The notes: a model not told the origin generated them from the letters alone. Shown: positions 1-18,032, numbered from the stretch's first letter. The stretch: DNA of 64,000 bases from Eledone cirrhosa (GCA_964016885.1 OZ024740.1:2852001-2916000); one strand, 5' to 3'. Program-made: numbers and translations.

Positions 1-143
1 CTTCTCTGATTGTTGATGAGGGACATTATGTTGTTTTGGAGGTTATGTTTTTTAATCTCTAGTGATGAAATGGCAGTCAAGTTGATGTGTTGCTGCTGAC
101 AGTATTTCAGCTTGTTGATTTTTTTGTTCGTTCTCTTAATTTT
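1..143 (-). mobile_element. 5'-truncated end of a CR1-group LINE copy (copy 0); the rest lies left of the window
   Basis: Near-identical to 2324-2467 inside ORF2 of the full copy; ends abruptly in (TA)n. Confidence 0.9.
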
Positions 144-404
144 TATATATCTATATATATATCTATATATATATCTATATATATATCTATATATATATCT
201 ATATATATATATCTATATATATATATATATATATATCTATATATCTATATATATCTATATATCTATCTATATATATATATATCTATATATATCTATATAT
301 ATATATCTATATATATATATCTATATATATATATCTATATATATATATCTATATATATATATCTATATATATATATATATCTATATATATATATCTATAT
401 ATAT
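144..404. repeat. (TA)n microsatellite with TC interruptions
   Basis: Direct reading. Confidence 0.97.
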
Positions 405-480
405 AACTTTGAAATGTTTTGGCCAGTATTGGCCCAGGCCATGTCTAACTTAATAGCACCACCTGGCGAAGTCTTTCAAT

Positions 481-3400
481 TCAGGATTTGGGCACCATGG
501 CCCATTCGAGAAGAGAATTACTGTTTGCGGAGACATATCCGGGTGTGGGTGGTTTGTCCGGGATTACTTGGAGGAATTTGTCCAAAGACTTCTTGAATTT
601 TGTGTGGTCAGTTTCTGTTTTGACGTGTCCTGGTGTGATGTTGAAGAGAGCAGGGCCGATTGAGGTGAAATAATTGTGCCGTATTGTTGTTATGAGTTGC
701 GATTTAGATTTTTGAATGGGACGGATAGCACGGGGCCCAAGCCTTGGGTGTATCTTGAAGGCGATGCCAACATCATTTGGGCAGTGATGATGGAACATTT
801 TCCACATCATGCAGATAATATAACGCTCACGGCGACGTTGGAGTGAGTAAAGTTTCAGGTTTTCCAATCGACCCCAGTAGTCAAGGTCTGACATGCCATC
901 TATCTTTTTCGTGATTGCCCTTTGAGGAGCTTCAAGTTTCATGATACTTTGTTTCGTGTGGGGAGACCACAGTGGACAACAGTATTCAAGGTGTGGTCGG
1001 GCGAAAGTAGAGAAGAGAAGGATAATGGTGCGGGAATCTCTCGACTGGAAGGTTCTGAGGATCCAGGAACACATTCTGCGGGCCATGTCAACTTTGCTGC
1101 TTATATGCGTGGTCCAGCTTATGTTGCTGTCCACGGTTACTCCCAAGTCTCTGATGTTGTTAGATGCCATGAGAGTTTCCCCGGAGGGAAGGGAGTACGG
1201 GAGTTTCAGAGCATCCTCTTTTCCAAAGTGGATCAGTTCGAATTTGTCTTCGTTCAGTAACATGTTGTTCTTTTCTGCCCATTGGGTAACAGCCAGTAGG
1301 TCTGACTGAAGGCTTATCCGGTCATCCACGCCATTGATGACCTTTTGGAGCTTGGAATCATCAGCGAAAATTTTAATGTTGCTGTGTTTGATGATGTCAG
1401 TGATGTCATTAATATAGATGATGAAGAGAAGTGGGCCCAACACAGTGCCTTGTGGGACTCCACTACTGACTTTGGCTGGGCTTGATTTGACTCCCTCAAC
1501 TACAACATGTTGGGTTCTGTTTGACAGGAAGCTCTTGATCCACTGCAGCAGCTTTCCAGTGACACCAATATTGGACAGCTTTCTCAGTAGAATGTTATGA
1601 TCAACCCTGTCAAAGGCCTTGCTGAAATCAAGGTAGATAACATCAGTGTTGGAACCCTCTCCCAAGGCTCTCAAAATGTCATCAAAGTGATGCAGTAGTT
1701 GCGTCAGGCAATCCCTTCCATTACGGAATCCATGCTGGTTGGAGTTCAGCATATTGTTACTCTCAAGGAAGTGGGTCATTCGCGATCTCACCACTCGCTC
1801 AAATACCTTAATGATATGAGAGGTGAGTGAGATTGGACGGTAATTCACGGCAAGGGATTTGTTTCCCTTTTTGAAAACTGGGACAACAGACTGGGATAGA
1901 AGGTTTTCTGGCACATATCCAGCATCCAGTGAGTTCCGCCACAGATTGGCAAGAGGAGAAGCAAGTTGGTGTTGACACGCCTTCAAGACACAAGCAGGGA
2001 ACCTATCGGGACCTACTGCTGAATTATGCTTGATTTCCTTTATTGCCGCCAAGACATCAGGGGCGCCAAACGTTATGTCCGATAAGGTGTAATGGGGAGT
2101 AACATCGCCGATACAGCCCAGATCGGCCATATCAGGATTGCTGAAAACAGAGCAGTATTGTTTCTGCAGTATCTCACCCATGGTTTTAGCATTGTCTTGA
2201 AGAGTGCCATTTTCATCAATTAGAGGGCCAACAGTAGAGCCAGTGATTTTGTGTTTTTTTGCAAATGAAAAGAACACTTTGGGATTGAGTTTGATCTTCT
2301 CAATGGCCCAGGCCTCTTCAGCTCTTCTCTGATTGTTGATGAGGGACATTATGTTGTTTTGGAGGTTATGTTTTTTAATCTCTAGTGATGAAATGGCAGT
2401 CAAGTTGATGTGTTGCTTCTGACAGTATTTCAGCTTGTTGATTTTTTTGTTCGTTCTCTTAATTTTTCTGATGAGCGTTTTTCTATTTCTAGGGATTCTG
2501 CTCTTAGATTTGTTTATAGTTCTTAATGGGGTGTGTTTAGCACATATGTTTGTAACAGTGTCCACAAATGTCTGCCAGGACTTTTTGATGTTAGTGGGTG
2601 TATGAGTGTGCGTGAAGGACCAGTCGACATGTGCAAGATCATGACTGATCGCTTCCCAGTTTGCATTGTGGAAATCCATAGCGTCAAACGGATGGACAGG
2701 AGAGATGACATTGGGTTTGTATATTGGACGGTGGAATCTCAGATCACAGAGAACCATGTCATGATCAGAGAGTAGAGTTTTCTCCACTGCAATATTGTGG
2801 ATATTGTCAGTGTGATTGCTGAAAATTAAGTCTAGGACGTTTTTGTGGCACCTCGTTGGTTCGAGCACTAGTTGGGATAGGAAGAAATCATCCATGAAGT
2901 CAAGAAGCGATTCCACAGCTTCCCTGTCAGAGGTTGAGGCAGAAGAACCTGGTGGCAGGGTGTTTGTGGACCAGTCAACTCCGGGGAGGTTGAAGTCCCC
3001 CATCATTAAGATGTTGTCAGGGTGACACTCTTGGATGAAACACTTTATGCTGTTGAGGCATTCCTTGAAGCATGGTACAGGCGTTTGGGGTGGCCTATAG
3101 AGCCCAACTACTAATAGGTTGTTGGTTTGACTGAATACAGTGACTGCCTCACAGTATCCATTAGTGAATATGTTCATAGCCTCTGTTGAGAAAGAATTAT
3201 GGACATAAATGGCAGTTCCGCCCTTTCTTCTGCCAGCGCGATCAGCACGGATGGCTTTGAAATTTTTCACTTTCACCTCGGCTTCCAAGTGGAGGTTACT
3301 GAGATGGGTTTCAGTGAGGACGAAGAAAGGGATGTGGTTTGGATGGACATCAATCCAGTCCTCCAGGAATTTGATCTTCCATTTTTGAGTATTGGTGGAA

Positions 3401-3501
3401 GGGCTGATGCCTTGGGCGTTAAGCAAAAATGTAGAGGCGAGAGTGGATGGTTTTAATTGTTTTGGTGTGTTGTTAATTTGTTTGTTTGTTAATGGCAGCA
3501 A
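481..3501 (-). CDS. LINE ORF2: apurinic-like endonuclease plus reverse transcriptase (CR1 group), uninterrupted; frame actually open up to 3618
   Basis: EN motifs LNAQG, LTETH, GLYRPP, MGDFNLP, LDLIF, SDHD. RT motifs YRPISLTS, QHGFR, YLDFSKAFD, GVPQGTVLGPLLF, FADD, DLGV. CR1-type RPHLEYC..LWSP. The listed start at 3501 is TTG, not ATG. Confidence 0.95.
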   Translation of the reverse strand: MLPLTNKQINNTPKQLKPSTLASTFLLNAQGISPSTNTQKWKIKFLEDWIDVHPNHIPFFVLTETHLSNLHLEAEVKVKNFKAIRADRAGRRKGGTAIYVHNSFSTEAMNIFTNGYCEAVTVFSQTNNLLVVGLYRPPQTPVPCFKECLNSIKCFIQECHPDNILMMGDFNLPGVDWSTNTLPPGSSASTSDREAVESLLDFMDDFFLSQLVLEPTRCHKNVLDLIFSNHTDNIHNIAVEKTLLSDHDMVLCDLRFHRPIYKPNVISPVHPFDAMDFHNANWEAISHDLAHVDWSFTHTHTPTNIKKSWQTFVDTVTNICAKHTPLRTINKSKSRIPRNRKTLIRKIKRTNKKINKLKYCQKQHINLTAISSLEIKKHNLQNNIMSLINNQRRAEEAWAIEKIKLNPKVFFSFAKKHKITGSTVGPLIDENGTLQDNAKTMGEILQKQYCSVFSNPDMADLGCIGDVTPHYTLSDITFGAPDVLAAIKEIKHNSAVGPDRFPACVLKACQHQLASPLANLWRNSLDAGYVPENLLSQSVVPVFKKGNKSLAVNYRPISLTSHIIKVFERVVRSRMTHFLESNNMLNSNQHGFRNGRDCLTQLLHHFDDILRALGEGSNTDVIYLDFSKAFDRVDHNILLRKLSNIGVTGKLLQWIKSFLSNRTQHVVVEGVKSSPAKVSSGVPQGTVLGPLLFIIYINDITDIIKHSNIKIFADDSKLQKVINGVDDRISLQSDLLAVTQWAEKNNMLLNEDKFELIHFGKEDALKLPYSLPSGETLMASNNIRDLGVTVDSNISWTTHISSKVDMARRMCSWILRTFQSRDSRTIILLFSTFARPHLEYCCPLWSPHTKQSIMKLEAPQRAITKKIDGMSDLDYWGRLENLKLYSLQRRRERYIICMMWKMFHHHCPNDVGIAFKIHPRLGPRAIRPIQKSKSQLITTIRHNYFTSIGPALFNITPGHVKTETDHTKFKKSLDKFLQVIPDKPPTPGYVSANSNSLLEWAMVPKS

Positions 3502-4291
3502 TGGGAGTTTGTGCAGTGGGGTGATAGTGGAGGGTGGTGCTGGGTGATAGCTCGAATGTTTTTTTCCAGTTCTTTTGCCAGATTCATTATGGCTAAAAAA
3601 GAGGAAGAAGTTTCCTGTTTAGAAGACTGTTGGTGACTGTGGTAGTGGTTATTTTTATGTAGGTTATGGTTTTTGTTTTTGCTTTTATTTTTAATTTTAT
3701 TTTCATTTATCCGACGGGTCCCCGGGAGATGGGTAAAGGGACAATCCCGGTCTAAACACAATCTGTCTCGCAGGGAAAAACGGCAGATTTGTGGATTCCT
3801 TGTTTGAGTTATTGGTGGTTGTGTTGGTGTTAAATTAGAGTATGTATTATGGTGGTGGCTGTTTGTGGGGATAGATCGTTTTGTCCTAGGTAAATGGGTG
3901 AATTTGCAGCCACTATCCGTACATATTCTATAGCGTAGAGAGTAGCGGCAAATGGTGGGGTTTCGAGTGGGTGGGTATGTGGGTGTGGGTGTTGTGAGAG
4001 GTGTAGATGATGGTTTGGGTAGGATTTGACGACCTTTGTGGACTGTGGGAGGGAGAATTCTTGTTCTGGTATTAGAAGGTAAATTCCTTGACATAGCAGT
4101 AGACAAAAATGTTGTAGTAGTAGTAGTAGTAGTAGGCAGAGATGTTGGCAGTGGTGATGATTGGACTGCTGGGCCAGAGAAAGGATGTGGCGTTTCATGC
4201 TGTGAGACAGAGGCTACTGGGGGGTCAATAGTTTCATTTAGTAGATCGGCCATTGTTGATGAATCAAGGAGTGGTTCACACTGTTGTTGTC

Positions 4292-4326
<35 letters not shown>

Positions 4327-4661
4327 AGCTGTTGTTGATGTTGTTGTTGTAGCTGTTGTTGTTGTTGCTGTTGTAGCTGCTGTTGTTGTTGTTGCTGCTG
4401 CTGGACAGCATTCGAAGAGAAAACACACCGTAGTTTATCCAAATGTTTATTGATTAATTTAAAAGCAATTTCGATTTGCTTTAATTTATTTTGAATCTGT
4501 TGTTCAGATCGAGTTTTCAAAAATTGAACTGTACGTTTAGCAATGTCGTTCAGACATGAAGCATCTATGTCTTCTGTTTGGGAAAGGCAATGCCATGTGT
4601 TTATTAGAATGTCGATTTCATTATCAGACCAGTTCTGTTTGGATTTTTGCTGGTTAGCCAT
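3489..4661 (-). CDS. LINE ORF1, 390 aa: Myb/SANT-like N-terminus, polyQ, Pro/Thr-rich linker, two CCCH zinc fingers
   Basis: ATG at 4661; WSDNEIDILINTW...RSEQQIQNKLKQI pattern; C-x8-C-x4-C-x3-H at 3894-3950 and 3729-3785; lies directly upstream of ORF2. Confidence 0.85.
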
Positions 4662-4759
4662 TCTAGTTTTGAGTGTGTGTGTGTGTTTTAGTTAAGTATT
4701 TCAATATATATATATTTTTTTAAAATTTATTTTTGATTTATTTTTGTTTTTTGTTTTTC

Positions 4760-7790
<3,031 letters not shown>

Positions 7791-10700
7791 AACTTTGAAT
7801 AACTTTGAAATGTTTTGGCCAGTATTGGCCCAGGCCATGTCTAACTTAATAGCACCACCTGGCGAAGTCTTTCAATTCAGGATTTGGGCACCATGGCCCA
7901 TTCGAGAAGAGAATTACTGTTTGCGGAGACATATCCGGGTGTGGGTGGTTTGTCCGGGATTACTTGGAGGAATTTGTCCAAAGACTTCTTGAATTTTGTG
8001 TGGTCAGTTTCTGTTTTGACGTGTCCTGGTGTGATGTTGAAGAGAGCTGGGCCGATTGAGGTGAAATAATTGTGCCGTATTGTTGTTATGAGTTGCGATT
8101 TAGATTTTTGAATGGGACGGATAGCACGGGGCCCAAGCCTTGGGTGTATCTTGAAGGCGATGCCAACATCATTTGGGCAGTGATGATGGAACATTTTCCA
8201 CATCATGCAGATAATATAACGCTCACGGCGACGTTGGAGTGAGTAAAGTTTCAGGTTTTCCAATCGACCCCAGTAGTCAAGGTCTGACATGCCATCTATC
8301 TTTTTCGTGATTGCCCTTTGAGGAGCTTCAAGTTTCATGATACTTTGTTTCGTGTGGGGAGACCACAGTGGACAACAGTATTCAAGGTGTGGTCGGGCGA
8401 AAGTAGAGAAGAGAAGGATAATGGTGCGGGAATCTCTCGACTGGAAGGTTCTGAGGATCCAGGAACACATTCTGCGGGCCATGTCAACTTTGCTGCTTAT
8501 ATGCGTGGTCCAGCTTATGTTGCTGTCCACGGTTACTCCCAAGTCTCTGATGTTGTTAGATGCCACGAGAGTTTCCCCGGAGGGAAGGGAGTACGGGAGT
8601 TTCAGCGCATCCTCTTTTCCAAAGTGGATCAGTTCGAATTTGTCTTCGTTCAGTAACATGTTGTTCTTTTCTGCCCATTGGGTAACAGCCAGTAGGTCTG
8701 ACTGAAGGCTTATCCGGTCATCCACGCCATTGATGACCTTTTGGAGCTTGGAATCATCAGCGAAAATTTTAATGTTGCTGTGTTTGATGATGTCAGTGAT
8801 GTCATTAATATAGATGATGAAGAGAAGTGGGCCCAACACAGTGCCTTGTGGGACTCCACTACTGACTTTGGCTGGGCTTGATTTGACTCCCTCAACTACA
8901 ACATGTTGGGTTCTGTTTGACAGGAAGCTCTTGATCCACTGCAGCAGCTTTCCAGTGACACCAATATTGGACAGCTTTCTCAGTAGAATGTTATGATCAA
9001 CCCTGTCAAAGGCCTTGCTGAAATCAAGGTAGATAACATCAGTGTTGGAACCCTCTCCCAAGGCTCTCAAAATGTCATCAAAGTGATGCAGTAGTTGCGT
9101 CAGGCAATCCCTTCCATTACGGAATCCATGCTGGTTGGAGTTCAGCATATTGTTACTCTCAAGGAAGTGGGTCATTCGCGATCTCACCACTCGCTCAAAT
9201 ACCTTAATGATATGAGAGGTGAGTGAGATTGGACGGTAATTCACGGCAAGGGATTTGTTTCCCTTTTTGAAAACTGGGACAACAGACTGGGATAGAAGGT
9301 TTTCTGGCACATATCCAGCATCCAGTGAGTTCCGCCACAGATTGGCAAGAGGAGAAGCAAGTTGGTGTTGACACGCCTTCAAGACACAAGCAGGGAACCT
9401 ATCGGGACCTACTGCTGAATTATGCTTGATTTCCTTTATTGCCGCCAAGACATCAGGGGCGCCAAACGTTATGTCCGATAAGGTGTAATGGGGAGTAACA
9501 TCGCCGATACAGCCCAGATCGGCCATATCAGGATTGCTGAAAACAGAGCAGTATTGTTTCTGCAGTATCTCACCCATGGTTTAGCATTGTCTTGAAGAGT
9601 GCCATTTTCATCAATTAGAGGGCCAACAGTAGAGCCAGTGATTTTGTGTTTTTTTGCAAATGAAAAGAACACTTTGGGATTGAGTTTGATCTTCTCAATG
9701 GCCCAGGCCTCTTCAGCTCTTCTCTGATTGTTGATGAGGGACATTATGTTGTTTTGGAGGTTATGTTTTTTAATCTCTAGTGATGAAATGGCAGTCAAGT
9801 TGATGTGTTGCTGCTGACAGTATTTCAGATTGTTGATTTTTTTGTTCGTTCTCTTAATTTTTCTGATGAGCGTTTTTCTATTTCTAGGGATTCTGCTCTT
9901 AGATTTGTTTTATAGTTCTTAATGGGGTGTGTTTAGCACATATGTTTGTAACAGTGTCCACAAATGTCTGCCAGGACTTTTTGATGTTAGTGGGTGTATG
10001 AGTGTGCGTGAAGGACCAGTCGACATGTGCAAGATCATGACTGATCGCTTCCCAGTTTGCATTGTGGAAATCCATAGCGTCAAACGGAATGGACAGGAGA
10101 AATGACATTGGGTTTGTATATTGGACGGTGGAATCTCAGATCACAGAGAACCATGTCATGATCAGAGAGTAGAGTTTTCTCCACTGCAATATTGTGGATA
10201 TTGTCAGTGTGATTGCTGAAAATTAAGTCTAGGACGTTTTTGTGGCACCTCGTTGGTTCGAGCACTAGTTGGGATAGGAAGAAATCATCCATGAAGTCAA
10301 GAAGCGATTCCACAGCTTCCCTGTCAGAGGTTGAGGCAGAAGAACCTGGTGGCAGGGTGTTTGTGACCAGTCAACTCGGGGAGGTTGAAGTCCCCCATCA
10401 TTAAGATGTTGTCAGGGTGACACTCTTGGATGAAACACTTTATGCTGTTGAGGCATTCCTTGAAGCATGGTACAGGCGTTTGGGGTGGCCTATAGAGCCC
10501 AACTACTAATAGGTTGTTGGTTTGACTGAATACAGTGACTGCCTCACAGTATCCATTAGTGAATATGTTCATAGCCTCTGTTGAGAAAGAATTATGGACA
10601 TAAATGGCAGTTCCGCCCTTTCTTCTGCCAGCGCGATCAGCACGGATTGCTTTGAAATTTTTCACTTTCACCTCGGCTTCCAAGTGGAGGTTACTGAGAT

Positions 10701-10965
10701 GGGTTTCAGTGAGGACGAAGAAAGGGATGTGGTTTGGATGGACATCAATCCAGTCCTCCAGGAATTTGATCTTCATTTTTGAGTATTGGTGGAAGGGCTG
10801 ATGCCTTGGGCGTTAAGCAAAAATGTAGAGGCGAGAGTGGATGGTTTTAATTGTTTTGGTGTGTTGTTAATTTGTTTGTTTGTTAATGGCAGCAATGGGA
10901 GTTTGTGCAGTGGGGTGATAGTGGAGGGTGGTGCCGGGTGATAGCTCGAATGTTTTTTTCCAGTT
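7791..10965 (-). mobile_element. 5'-truncated copy 2 of the same CR1-group LINE; ORF2 broken by several 1-bp indels
   Basis: Near-identical to 405-3570; RT part open at 7877-9577, EN part split into frameshifted pieces; two copies of the 10-bp terminal unit (AACTTTGAAT AACTTTGAAA on +). Confidence 0.93.
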
Positions 10966-11541
10966 ATATATATATATATATATATAGATATATATATATA
11001 TATAGATATATATATATATATATCTATATATATATATATATATCTATATATATATATATCTATATATATCTATATATATATATATCTATCTATATATATA
11101 TATATCTATATATTATATATCTATATATATCTCTATATATATATATATCTATATATATATAATATCTATATATCTATATATATATCTATATATATATATC
11201 TATATATCTATATATATATCTATATATATATATATATATATCTATATATATATCTATATATATATATATATATATCTATATATCTATATATATATATATC
11301 TATATATATATATATATATCTATATATATATCTATAATATATATCTATATATATATATATATATCTATATATATATCTATATATATATCTATATATATAT
11401 ATATATCTATATATATATATATATATCTATATATATATATATATATCTATATATATATATCTATATATATATATATATATATATCTATATATATATATCT
11501 ATATATATATCTATATATCTATATCTATATATATATATATA

Positions 11542-11592
<51 letters not shown>

Positions 11593-11661
11593 ATATATAT
11601 ATATATATATCTATATATATATCTATATATATATATATATATCTATATATATATCTATATA

Positions 11662-11714
<53 letters not shown>

Positions 11715-12378
11715 ATATATATATATATATATATATCTATATATATATATATATATATATATATCTATATCTATATATATATATATATATCTATATATAT
11801 ATATATATATCTATATATATATATATATATCTATATATATATATATATATCTATATATATATATCTATATCTATATATATATATATATATCTATATCTAT
11901 ATATCTATATCTATATATATATATATATATCTATATATATATATATATATATCTATATATATATCTATATATATCTATATATATATCTATATATATATAT
12001 CTATATATATATATATATATATCTATATATATATATATCTATATATATATATATATATATATCTATATATATATATATATATCTATATATATATCTATAT
12101 ATATATATCTATATATATATATATATATATCTATATATATATCTATATATATATATATCTATATATATATATATATATCTATATATATATATATATATAT
12201 ATATCTATATATATATATATATATCTATATATATATCTATATATATATATATATCTATATATATATATATATCTATATATATATATATCTATATATATAT
12301 ATATATATCTATATATATATATATATATCTATATATATATATATATATCTATATATATATATATATCTATATATATAT
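10966..12378. repeat. (TA)n tract
   Basis: Direct reading. Confidence 0.95.
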
Positions 12379-13350
12379 CTGAGTGTGCCCAGGCGCTCAC
12401 CGCCCTCTGGCAGGCGGATCCGGTTATCAGTGGAGACTCCACCGCAACATTCTATAGAGGGCTGGTACGCAGCAGGTGCGACGACGCCCTCGGAGAAGCC
12501 CTAGACATGGAGGAGGACGAACTGGCCAGCCTGTTCGGTAGGACATTCAGCCCGGGACCTATGGACAACTTCCAGAAGTCCCTGGCCTGGCAGTGCTACC
12601 GAGGGGCTTTACCCCGTTCGAGAAAGGCTCTACAGACACGGGCGCCCGGGTAGGGACCCCGCCAAAAAGATCTGTCCCAGATGCGTGTGCGACGAGGAAA
12701 CCGTTGCACACGCATTGGTACACTGCTCGGGCGTAGCCGATCTGTGGGCTATGTCGAACAACTGCTGTCAAGGGTGGGACCGATCCGGTTGACCACCGAG
12801 TCTATTGTAATGATCAAGCCGCCTCCCCCCTTCAAAGATGAAGCAGAGGCGGTGTTTCTGTGCGTAATAGCCATGGCGAAAGAGGTTGTATGGTGGACGC
12901 GTCTGAAAGGACTGAGGTCAGACACCTTTCTCTCTGGCCAACAACTGGTCCGTTTCTTCCGATATCATTTCGGAAGAGATCAGGATGGAGAGAGAGGTGC
13001 TGCACCCCAGCCGTTTCTATGAAAGATGGGTGAAAGTGGCGAGAATGGCCCGTGTGAATGGGCCTTCACTCTACATCAGACTATAGGTGAGGAAGATGAA
13101 AGACCAAGGGAGCACCCCTTCTCTGTGCTCCTGAGGAGAAGGGTTGCACACTTTTTTCGGGGGTGTGTGCGACCCCCCAAGGCGCCTCCTCTCTATTGAG
13201 GATTTTGTTAAAAATTTTATTTTTTGTTATATCTTATTTTATTTTTATATTTTGTTATTGCCTCCTCCTTATTGAGGACGCCTTTTTGTGTAAACTCCCC
13301 CCTTTGTACTTGTCCCACTTTTGATGCCCTAGTGGCAAATAAAAGAAACT
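12379..13350 (+). mobile_element. 3' fragment of a Tx1/L1-clade LINE (zf-RVT region plus 3'UTR), frameshifted
   Basis: Manual translation: SLAWQCYRGALPVRERLYRHG...ICPRCVCDEETVAHALVHC...LW and ...SRFYERWVKVAR...IRL*, stop at 13084-13086; AATAAA near 13338; flanked by (TA)n. Confidence 0.8.
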
Positions 13351-17135
<3,785 letters not shown>

Positions 17136-17790
17136 AGTTTAGGTATGATACATTTTATTACTAATTATATCTAAATGTTTCTTCTCTCTTCATAATGTAT
17201 TTTTAACTCTGATACTGGTTCAGTCTGGTTTAAACTGAATTGGTCTGTCCCAGTCATTCATTGAGCAACATCGGTGAAGTTGGCACCCTTAACTCACAGT
17301 TGGGTGCGGATGCATTCATGTATATATGTGTGTGTCCGCATGTATCTGTGTGTTTCTAAATATATTAATAACTCCCTCTGGTCGAGCAATCTTTGAAGTG
17401 TGGGGACAACTGGAAAGCTTCCATTACTCATACTTCTCGCCTTCTTCACTACCTCTTCTACGGCCTCGATATGAATACCCCCTCCGCCTCCGTGGTATTT
17501 TCTTCGTGGTTATAAGAGGCTTAGCTCTGTTTCTCGACCGTTATATCGCGTGACTATCTCCCCCTCCGCCTTTTGGGATTCTTTCTCACGTCGTGTAGAC
17601 GCGTTCTTGAGACTAGTAAAATGAGGTATCCTCTTGATAAGTCGGCAGACCTCGCAAGGACTCTATATCTTTGATATATTGTTTTTGTTTATGCCACGAA
17701 ACTACGTAGTCGAGGAATTTAGGAACAGTTTAGGTATGATACATTTTATTACTAATTATATCTAAATGTTTCTTCTCTCTTCATAATGTA
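17136..17790 (+). mobile_element. Non-coding, hammerhead-bearing element with 64-bp direct terminal repeats (retrozyme-like or Penelope pLTR-like)
   Basis: 17136-17199 equals 17727-17790 (period 591 bp); hammerhead at 17629-17716; (TA)n on both sides; no credible ORF. Confidence 0.75.
17629..17716 (+). ncRNA. Type I hammerhead ribozyme, U3-A8 core variant; predicted cleavage after C17711
   Basis: Stem I TCCTC/GAGGA; core TTGATAA; stem II GT(C)GGCA/TGCCAC; GAAA; stem III AC-TACGTA-GT; cleavage triplet GTC. Confidence 0.75.
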
Positions 17791-17833
<43 letters not shown>

Positions 17834-17876
17834 ATATCTATATATATATATATATATATCTATATATATATATATA

Positions 17877-17941
<65 letters not shown>

Positions 17942-18032
17942 ATATATATATATATATATATATATATCTATATATATATATATATATATATCTATATATA
18001 TATATATATATATATCTATATATATATATATA

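Larger units (their letters stand above)
405..4759 (-). mobile_element. Apparently full-length CR1-group non-LTR retrotransposon (copy 1), inserted in (TA)n
   Basis: ORF1 plus APE-RT ORF2; ~75-nt 3'UTR with a GGCCA-ATAC-TGGCC hairpin ending TTCAAAGTT; ~100-nt 5'UTR; (TA)n on both sides. Confidence 0.92.

Noticed and set aside
488-4453. Short ORFs antisense or out of frame to LINE ORF1/ORF2, and their twins in copy 2
   Set aside because: Shadow ORFs with no recognisable motifs; duplicated only because the element is.
9570-10790. Frameshifts in LINE copy 2 as programmed recoding or ancient decay
   Set aside because: They are 1-bp indels, mostly in short homopolymers, in an otherwise near-identical copy; consensus error or recent mutation is more likely.
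13125-13180. CTGAGGA in the Tx1 3'UTR as a hammerhead core
   Set aside because: No downstream GAAA or stem III; only ordinary hairpins.
17326-17553. 75-aa ORF inside the retrozyme-like element
   Set aside because: Short, begins in a TG-rich run and has no recognisable motif.
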